Positions 18,620 to 25,770 of a DNA stretch of 64,000 bases are shown piece by piece. Source of the stretch: Bacteroidota bacterium (GTDB taxonomy: Bacteria; Bacteroidota; Bacteroidia; NS11-12g; UBA955). The stretch spans positions 8,433-72,432 of the forward strand of contig CANMBF010000010.1 of assembly GCA_947496065.1 (NCBI GenBank), read 5' to 3'. The position numbers were made by a program, and so were the translations under genes. The stretch's first letter is position 1. Every line of letters begins with the position of its first letter. Under the pieces are notes generated by a model. The model had not been told where the DNA came from and searched no databases. It was given only the letters and a program-made list of their open reading frames with translations.

Positions 18620-20386
18620 CTACATCCTCTCCGGACAATCAATCCCCATCAACCCTAAAGCCACCTTCAAGGTATCAGCTGTTTTCTTCGCCAATTGTAT
18701 TCTGAATTTTCTAATCTCTAACTCTGCCTCTTTCAAGAAACTTACATCGTTGTACACGCGGTTAAACGCTCTTGCTACATTCAATGCAAAAGTACCTATG
18801 GCAGCAGGATTATAATCTCTGGCCGCATCAAGTATGGTTTTTTCAAACAAACTCAATTGTTTAATCAATTCTAATTCGCTTTCTTTCGCTTCTGTAATGG
18901 TATAGGCATCGGTTAATTCATTAGCAGCAGCGGCTCGCATCATGCTGCGAATACGCGCATAAGTGTATTGCACAAAAGGACCGGTATCCCCTTGAAAATC
19001 GATAGACTCTTGTGGATTGAACAGCATGCGTTTTTGTGGGTCGACTTTTAGCATAAAGAATTTCAAAGCCCCCATGCCTAGAGTGTTATAGAGTGCAATT
19101 TTATCTGCTTCGGCGATGCCATCGGTCTTGCTCATCTCTTCGGTTTTGTCCTTAGCGGTTTGCACCATCTCGGCCATTAAATCGTCGGCATCTACTACAG
19201 TGCCTTCTCTGCTTTTCATTTTACCACTTGGTAAATCCACCATGCCATAACTTAAATGGTAGAGGCCATTGGCCCAAGTTTTTCCAAGTTTTTGCAAAAT
19301 TAAAAACAATACTTTGAAATGGTAGTCTTGTTCGTTACCTACCACATAAATGCTTTTATCGCAATTGAATTGTTCGTATTTCAATTGGGCGGTACCAATA
19401 TCTTGCGTAATGTATACCGAAGTGCCATCGGCTCTTAAAACAATTTTCTCATCTAAGCCATCGGCCGTTAAATCAATCCATACACTGCCATCGGGTTTTT
19501 TATAAAATACATTTTTCTCTAAGCCTTCGTTCACAAGGTCTTTGCCAAGGAGATAAGTATTGCTTTCATAATAAAATTGATCGAAGCTCACACCGAGTTG
19601 TTGGTATGTAATATCGAAACCTGCATACACCCAGGCGTTCATGGTTTTCCATAGCGCTATGGTGTCGGCATCGCCTGCTTCCCATTGGCGCAACATGTTT
19701 TGAGCGGCCAATATCAAAGGCGCTTCTTTCTCTGCCTTTTCTTTTGGCAAACCTTGGGCTTCTAGTTCTGCAATTTGTTGTTTGTAGTGTTTGTCGAATT
19801 CAACGTAGTATTTGCCAACTAAGTGGTCGCCTTTTATGCCAGCTGATTCGGGCGTTTCGCCATTGCCGAATAACTGCCAAGCCAACATGCTTTTGCAAAT
19901 GTGTATACCGCGGTCGTTAATTAAATTTACTTTTGTAACTTGGTAACCGCTATAAGCTAATATTTGAGAGACACTGTAACCCAAAAGGTTGTTGCGAATA
20001 TGTCCCAAGTGCAGGGGTTTGTTGGTGTTGGGCGATGCGTATTCCACCATTACCTTACCCATATTTTTATTTTGAATGCTGGTGCTGTAATTGGCCATTA
20101 CATTCAACCAATAGTCGGTCGATAATTCTAAATTTAAGAAGCCTTTTACCACATTGTAATTGACAATTTCAGGGATGCTATTTTTAATCAACTCGCCAAT
20201 TTCGGTAGCCGTTTGTTCAGGATTTTTTTTAGAAATTTTTAAAAAAGGGAACACCACAAAGGTAAAGTCGCCTCTAAAGTCGGGGTTGGTAGCTTCAAGT
20301 TTGATAGCGTCCATAGCCACTTCGGTGCCGTAACACGAGAGCAAGGCTTTTTGTAAACCCGATTTAATAAGCGATTCCATTTGCAT
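18620..20386 (-). CDS. argS: Arginine--tRNA ligase
   Basis: HIGH-region motif SPNTNKPLHLGHIRN, class I fold and the typical ...PERM C-terminus. ATG 20386 or 20380 is preferred. Confidence 0.95.
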   Translation of the reverse strand: MQMESLIKSGLQKALLSCYGTEVAMDAIKLEATNPDFRGDFTFVVFPFLKISKKNPEQTATEIGELIKNSIPEIVNYNVVKGFLNLELSTDYWLNVMANYSTSIQNKNMGKVMVEYASPNTNKPLHLGHIRNNLLGYSVSQILAYSGYQVTKVNLINDRGIHICKSMLAWQLFGNGETPESAGIKGDHLVGKYYVEFDKHYKQQIAELEAQGLPKEKAEKEAPLILAAQNMLRQWEAGDADTIALWKTMNAWVYAGFDITYQQLGVSFDQFYYESNTYLLGKDLVNEGLEKNVFYKKPDGSVWIDLTADGLDEKIVLRADGTSVYITQDIGTAQLKYEQFNCDKSIYVVGNEQDYHFKVLFLILQKLGKTWANGLYHLSYGMVDLPSGKMKSREGTVVDADDLMAEMVQTAKDKTEEMSKTDGIAEADKIALYNTLGMGALKFFMLKVDPQKRMLFNPQESIDFQGDTGPFVQYTYARIRSMMRAAAANELTDAYTITEAKESELELIKQLSLFEKTILDAARDYNPAAIGTFALNVARAFNRVYNDVSFLKEAELEIRKFRIQLAKKTADTLKVALGLMGIDCPERM

Positions 20387-20390
20387 GGCG

Positions 20391-20398
20391 CAAAGATA
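20391..20398 (-). promoter_or_regulatory. -7 box (TATCTTTG on the minus strand), 4 nt before argS ATG 20386
   Basis: The plus strand reads CAAAGATA. Same spacing as at 12626 and 42876. Confidence 0.45.
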
Positions 20399-20439
20399 TT
20401 TACTTCGCACGAAAAAATGCACAACGAATTTGCAGCCTT

Positions 20440-21216
20440 TTATGGCAACATATTCATCTGTGCTTTCAGAGAATCTTTCAAAGATTTGCTAAATATTTCG
20501 CGACCCATGCTAGGATTCTTGATTTTCATTTCTCTGAAATTGGTTTCATCTAAGTTGGTAAACGAATTGCTTTGATCGATGTCTAAGGCAGTTTTTACTA
20601 AGATGGTTTGGGTTTCTGGGTAATAAAAATAATCGAAGAACTGTTCGTTCTCGGGCGTTATTTGGGTAAAGTTTTTACCATCTAAATCGGAAACGTACAA
20701 CATAATGGCATCGGCCGAATTGTATTTTTTGTCCTTGTTAACATCGCGTTTCACGATTCTAAAAAAGATCATGGGGCGAGAAAATTCTTTGTGTATGGCA
20801 AAAGAGAGAATGTGCAAGGTGTCGGAAAAGAGGGGGCGCGACTGACCAGTACTCTTATCATAAAACAAAATATTGCGAATGTCGAAATCGTTTTCGCTGG
20901 TATTAATGTATTCATTGCTTGAGGAACGGTCGATTTTATCCTCGTACGAATTCTGTACAAAGGCAAGTGCGCCCTCTTTTACCGCGATAGTGGTAATTTT
21001 ATCGTGTCTATCTTCTGTAGGGGCTTCTTTAATGGCGGGATTGTAATTGGCGCCCACCGGGAAAATAATCAGGTTCGGAAAACCATAGTCAACTGGGTTG
21101 CCTATTACAAGCGACATATTTACTGGGGTTGCCGAGGTAGGTGGTGGAACTTTGGATTTGCGTTTACATGCGGTAAAAGCTGTTAAGGCCACTAAACTGA
21201 AGATGAAGTATTTCAT
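20440..21216 (-). CDS. Hypothetical lipoprotein
   Basis: MKYFIFSLVALTAFTAC lipobox. No recognisable domain. Confidence 0.5.
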   Translation of the reverse strand: MKYFIFSLVALTAFTACKRKSKVPPPTSATPVNMSLVIGNPVDYGFPNLIIFPVGANYNPAIKEAPTEDRHDKITTIAVKEGALAFVQNSYEDKIDRSSSNEYINTSENDFDIRNILFYDKSTGQSRPLFSDTLHILSFAIHKEFSRPMIFFRIVKRDVNKDKKYNSADAIMLYVSDLDGKNFTQITPENEQFFDYFYYPETQTILVKTALDIDQSNSFTNLDETNFREMKIKNPSMGREIFSKSLKDSLKAQMNMLP

Positions 21217-21222
21217 AAAAAT

Positions 21223-21230
21223 CAAATTTA
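21223..21230 (-). promoter_or_regulatory. -7 box upstream of the lipoprotein gene at 21216
   Basis: The plus strand reads CAAATTTA, 6 nt before the ATG. Confidence 0.4.
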
Positions 21231-21310
21231 TAAAGGCCAACCAAACCTCGTTATAAAAGTCGACTAAAGGTGATTTAACATTGTTAAATTATTTTTAAAA
21301 CTTTATTTTG

Positions 21311-21318
21311 TACTTTTG
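21311..21318 (+). promoter_or_regulatory. -7 box TACTTTTG upstream of the HipA-like/DUF3037 pair
   Basis: Perfect TAnnTTTG, 45 nt before ATG 21364. Confidence 0.45.
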
Positions 21319-21363
21319 CCAACAGCTGATAGGCCTTTGGTTTAATCAGTAAATTAATTTCCT

Positions 21364-22161
21364 ATGACTGCCAAAATTCCTCAACTCCGAACCGTGAATG
21401 TAACGCGTTACATTGCGCCTCTGCGCGAGGGAGGGTCGTTGCCAGCCTTGGCCGAAGCCGATGATGATTTTAAATACGTGTTAAAATTCAGAGGGTCGGG
21501 TCATGGTTCAAAGGCTTTAATTGCTGAATTGATAGGAGGCGAGTTGGCCCGTGTATTGGGTTTGCGCATCCCTGAGTTGGTGTTCGCCAATTTAGACGAA
21601 GCATTCGGTCAGGCCGAAGGCGATGAAGAAATACAAGATTTATTGAAGGCCAGTCAAGGTTTGAATTTGGCCTTGCATTTTTTAAGTGGTGCCATTACTT
21701 ACGATCCAGTAGTAATGACCATAGATGAAGACCAAGCCTCGGCGATTGTATGGCTCGATGCTTTTATTTTGAATGTCGATCGCACATTTAAAAACACCAA
21801 TATGCTGATATGGCAAAAGCAATTGTGGCTCATCGACCATGGGGCCAGTTTGTATTTTCACCATTCGTGGACCGATTGGGAAACACATGCCAAGAGCACA
21901 TTTAAATTGGTAAAAGACCATGTGTTATTGCCACAAGCCAAAACCATTGATGCCATCAATGCAAAGTACAAAGCCCTGTTAACAGACGATGTTTTAAAGG
22001 GCATCGTTGCATTAATCCCCGAAGCATGGTTGCATTGGGAAGGCAGTGATGAAACACCAGAGGATATACGAAACACTTATGCGAATTTTTTAATCATGCG
22101 ATTAAAGCATTCCGATTTATTCACAAAAGAAGCACAGCATGCAAGCCAAACACATCTATGA
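21364..22161 (+). CDS. HipA-like (PI3/4-kinase-fold) Ser/Thr kinase, short form
   Basis: Catalytic-loop-like NVDRTFKNTN, Mg-binding-like LIDHGAS, and an N-terminal glycine-rich KFRGSGHGSKA segment. 265 aa, so it lacks the long HipA N-terminal domains. Confidence 0.65.
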   Translation: MTAKIPQLRTVNVTRYIAPLREGGSLPALAEADDDFKYVLKFRGSGHGSKALIAELIGGELARVLGLRIPELVFANLDEAFGQAEGDEEIQDLLKASQGLNLALHFLSGAITYDPVVMTIDEDQASAIVWLDAFILNVDRTFKNTNMLIWQKQLWLIDHGASLYFHHSWTDWETHAKSTFKLVKDHVLLPQAKTIDAINAKYKALLTDDVLKGIVALIPEAWLHWEGSDETPEDIRNTYANFLIMRLKHSDLFTKEAQHASQTHL

Positions 22162-22522
22162 ATATGCGGTAATCCGCGTGTTGCCTGCGGTTGAGCGCGA
22201 GGAGTTCTTGAACATAGGACTGATATTGTTTTGCAAAAAAGCGAAATTTATTAAGGTGAATTTTGCTTTGAATGAAAATAAATTGAAAGTGTTTGCTCCG
22301 AAATTGGAGTTGGAGCAATTGCAAAAAAATCTAGAATCATTAGAAAAAATTGCGAATGGTGCCAAGGATGGAGGACCGATTGCATTATTGGATATTCCTT
22401 CGCGTTTTCGATGGTTAACTGCGGTGCGTAGTTCTTGCATACAGGTGTCACGCCCGCATCCGGGTTTGTGCGAAGACTTAGAAAAAACCGCTCAGCGTTT
22501 ATTCGAAGAAATGGTTTTGTAA
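22139..22522 (+). CDS. DUF3037-like protein
   Basis: The N-terminus YEYAVIRVLPAVEREEFLNIGLILFC matches my recollection of the DUF3037 signature. Overlaps the kinase gene by 23 nt. Confidence 0.55.
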   Translation: MQAKHIYEYAVIRVLPAVEREEFLNIGLILFCKKAKFIKVNFALNENKLKVFAPKLELEQLQKNLESLEKIANGAKDGGPIALLDIPSRFRWLTAVRSSCIQVSRPHPGLCEDLEKTAQRLFEEMVL

Positions 22523-22536
22523 CGATTTTCTTCTTT

Positions 22537-23062
22537 GCCACAGATTCACAGATTAAATTTGAATACATTAATACCACAGATTAAATTTTAATGCTTAATA
22601 TTTTACTCAAGTGCTTCTTGTCCCGTAGGGACAAAACATCTGTAAAGTACAACCTACCCAATGTTCAATATCCCGTAGGGATTATACTTATAACTAAGTT
22701 TTAACAAAAAGCGATAATAAGTTATCGGTCAGTCAACGAATACCACAAATGAAATCTAACGCTTAATCTTTCACAAAGCTTCCTCTTGTCCCGTAAAGAC
22801 AAAACATCTGTAAAGTGTCACCTATCCAAAGCTTCAATATCCAGTAGGGATTATACTTATAACTAAGTTTTAACAAAAAGCGATAATAAGTTATCGGTCA
22901 GTCAACGAATACCACAGATTAAATTTAACGCTTAAGTTTTCACAAAGCTTCCTCTTGTCCCGTAGGGACAAAACATCTGTAAAGTGTCACCTACTCACTG
23001 CCTCAATATCCCCTAGGGATTATACTTTTGACTAAGTATCACTAGTAAGCGTTAAAGCATGA
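22537..23062 (+). repeat. Family B element: head motif GCCACAGATTCACAGAT plus three tandem 169-bp units
   Basis: ACCACA(G/A)A unit starts at 22573, 22742 and 22911. Each unit carries TGTCCC-GTA-GGGACA and ATCCC-GTA-GGGAT hairpins 50 bp apart, plus CGATAA-TAAG-TTATCG. Confidence 0.9.
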
Positions 23063-23593
23063 AAAAGACTTAGAAAAAACAAACTACTAATAAAGTACAT
23101 AAGATCTCAGATGGATTTTACTTTTGTGTGTAACAGAGTAATGGTGCCTATGCTTTTTTCTTTTTTAAAAAAGTACTGAATAGTAAGCTTGTAATTGCAA
23201 GTATTAAAACAGGAGGGAAGATTATGAAAATTTCAATACTGTAAACAAGTCCTTTGAAGAGATATTTTATTCCTTTAATCAAGCAAGCAAGTTGCATTGC
23301 GTATGTCAACACATGGTTAAGTTTATAATAAATTTTATTGGTCTGCTCAATAGGGTTACTCTTCTTATTTTACCAATGAAAATTTTACTTCTCGAAAGCT
23401 ATCAGGATGGGCCCAATGGTTTGGTTGTATGTTGTAAATAATTTGTTGCGATGGAGCTTTGCCTTGCAAAGCTGACTCTCTTACTTTTTTGTTTGGACAA
23501 AAAAGTAACAAAAAAACCACCACGCATAGAAAATTTCAATCGGTCTTCTCGCGCTGGCTCGCCCTTCATCCCTGACCGAAAGAAATTTTTACG

Positions 23594-23611
23594 TCCCGAT
23601 TATTATCGGGA
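23594..23611. repeat. TCCCGAT-family hairpin
   Basis: TCCCGATTATTATCGGGA, inside an ORF-free palindrome cluster. Confidence 0.7.
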
Positions 23612-23943
23612 TGGACCCAGCCCGCACGTCTAGCGTTCAACTAATTTTGTGCGTTAGTGTAAGTTATTGGTTTTAGTCAATGATCTTTTTCCTTCGCTGA
23701 CTAAAATTAATTGATGTGTAATATAATCTTTACATCGGCATATTAATGAAGCCATATGATTAAAAAACATACCATTTGGTATTTATAAGAGAAACTAATG
23801 CAAGTTGTATAGAAACAAGAGGTAGATGAATTAGATACGACTTAATCGAAAAGGCTGTTGTCGTTAATAGGAATTGGTTTTTTGTGCAATATCTTAAAAG
23901 TTAATCTGTGTATCTGTGGCGTATTAACTAAACAAAGGGCCAC

Positions 23944-23969
23944 AAAAAAAACGCCCGAATAATCGGGCG
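23944..23969 (-). terminator. Rho-independent terminator downstream of the lipoprotein gene
   Basis: 7-bp GC stem CGCCCGA-ATAA-TCGGGCG followed on the minus strand by T8. Confidence 0.75.
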
Positions 23970-24109
23970 CTTCTTAATTTTATATGAAAAGAATACTACT
24001 TCTTTAAATTAGGTATGCTTGAAAGGTTTTTTGATAAAAAAGCTTTTTAGCATGCTTTATACCGAACCGTTTGCTATGCGACTTGTCGATTAGCAATCTG
24101 GTTTAGGTA

Positions 24110-25588
24110 TTAGTAAGCCAACTGTTGAGAGTTGAAATTAGCCCAAACATCTGACCAATCGTCTGAACCAAAAGCACCTTTGAAACTTGTAGTGTTGTTG
24201 AACCAAGTAGATAATTTAGCATCTGTAAATTTAGCACCACTTTGGGTTGCACCAGAGAACAAAGCCAAATTAGGGTTTTGAGGGTAAGTACCACCAGTAA
24301 CACCAGAAACTGTATTAAAGCCCATGATTAAAGTTGGCTCGATACCAGCATCAGCAAATGTTTTAGAGTAAACCAAAGTACCAGAAGTTGCTTGTGGATT
24401 GTTTAAAGTAAATACTGTGTTAGATTTAGTTGTTTTCCAGTAAGTAGCTACGTTAGCATCTGCTGCAGCACCATTGAAGAAAGAACGTTGTGATTTTCCT
24501 TTAACACCTGGGCAAACCAAGATATTATTATCTAATACAGCAGCACCACTATTGTAGTTAGCGATAGTGCCATCTAAATTTAAACCAATTGGGTAACCTA
24601 CTATTACAGAATTGAATAAAGATAATTCAGTATTTCTTCTTAGGTGTAAAGCGTGTAAGTAGTTACCGCTGAAAGAAGCTTTAGCTGAATCGTAAACTGG
24701 ACCTAATAAAGTTACGTTAGAGAATACAGCAGAAGTTTTAGGGGTTGAAGTTGAACCAGAAGCATCGTTATCAGATTCGAAACCGTTTGAACCAGATTGG
24801 TCAGCGTTGAAAGGGTCACGCATACCGATAGCGTATTGCACTTTACCACTGAAACCGAAGTCGGTATCGAAATCATCATCCCAACCACCGAAAGCGATTA
24901 AGTGTGCACAATTAACAGTACCACCGAACCACTCGTAAGAATCGTCACCACCGTAAGATATTTGAACGTAGTCGATAGTTGTACCATTACCAACTGCACC
25001 CATGGTTAAACCATTGGTTTCGTTGTTTGGAGTAATAGCGATACCAGCATATTCAATACGTACATATTTTAAAATACCACTGTTGTCATTGTCGTTAGCA
25101 GTGCTTTGGAAAGTACCATAAATAACTGCAGGTGTAATACCTTCGATAGATGGTGAGTTTTGGTTAATGTTAGCTTTACCCAACATAATAACACCACCCC
25201 AATCACCTTGCTCTCTAGCACCTCTGTCTTGGTTACTAGTAAAGATAATTGGACTAGAAGCAGTACCATCAGCAATGATTTTTCCACCTGGCTTAACTAC
25301 TAAAGTACCTTTAGAGCTTTTTTGACCAAATAATTTAGTACCTGCAGGGATGGTTAAAACTGAACCGCTTTCTATGAATACTTGACCAACTATTAAATAC
25401 TTTTTGGTAGCATCTAAAGATTGCGTTGGCAAAGAACCAATTAATTCTGTGTAGATAGCTGGCGGCTGAACTAAGATGGTATCACGAATGGTGATGTATT
25501 CTTTTTCAATCTTAGTCTTGGTGCAAGAAGAGAATGTGAATGCAGCAACTGATGCAATAATTCCCATTGTTAAAAATTTAAATTTCAT
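24110..25588 (-). CDS. Conserved hypothetical lipoprotein downstream of the TonB-dependent receptor (non-SusD)
   Basis: Lipobox FSSCTK. Motifs GDWGGVIMLG, YEWFGGT and FESDND. Codon usage looks strongly biased. Confidence 0.65.
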   Translation of the reverse strand: MKFKFLTMGIIASVAAFTFSSCTKTKIEKEYITIRDTILVQPPAIYTELIGSLPTQSLDATKKYLIVGQVFIESGSVLTIPAGTKLFGQKSSKGTLVVKPGGKIIADGTASSPIIFTSNQDRGAREQGDWGGVIMLGKANINQNSPSIEGITPAVIYGTFQSTANDNDNSGILKYVRIEYAGIAITPNNETNGLTMGAVGNGTTIDYVQISYGGDDSYEWFGGTVNCAHLIAFGGWDDDFDTDFGFSGKVQYAIGMRDPFNADQSGSNGFESDNDASGSTSTPKTSAVFSNVTLLGPVYDSAKASFSGNYLHALHLRRNTELSLFNSVIVGYPIGLNLDGTIANYNSGAAVLDNNILVCPGVKGKSQRSFFNGAAADANVATYWKTTKSNTVFTLNNPQATSGTLVYSKTFADAGIEPTLIMGFNTVSGVTGGTYPQNPNLALFSGATQSGAKFTDAKLSTWFNNTTSFKGAFGSDDWSDVWANFNSQQLAY

Positions 25589-25714
25589 ACTATTTTTTTG
25601 TTAGATTTAATAATGCAAAGATTATCGCGCAGTGTTACGGTTATATTAATTCGCTTTTAAATAATGTTTATTGTTTATTGTTTAATGTTACTTCAGCATT
25701 AATCTATTTTACAT

Positions 25715-25746
25715 AAAAAAAGCCGCTTACTTAATGGTAAGCGGCT
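25715..25746 (-). terminator. Rho-independent terminator between the TonB-dependent receptor and lipoprotein genes
   Basis: 10-bp stem AGCCGCTTAC-ttaatg-GTAAGCGGCT followed on the minus strand by T7. Confidence 0.75.
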
Positions 25747-25770
25747 TTTGATTGGTGTGTGATTCAAAGT

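Noticed and set aside
18486-18815. 109-aa plus-strand ORF spanning the argS 3' end.
   Set aside because: It is antisense to argS and begins inside repeat and hairpin sequence, so it is not credible as a gene.
23451-23633. 60-aa ORF (MELCLAKLTLLLFCLDKKVTKK...).
   Set aside because: It is a read-through of three consecutive palindromes, including TTACTTTTTTGT/ACAAAAAAGTAA and TCCCGAT/ATCGGGA. It has low-complexity composition and no start context.
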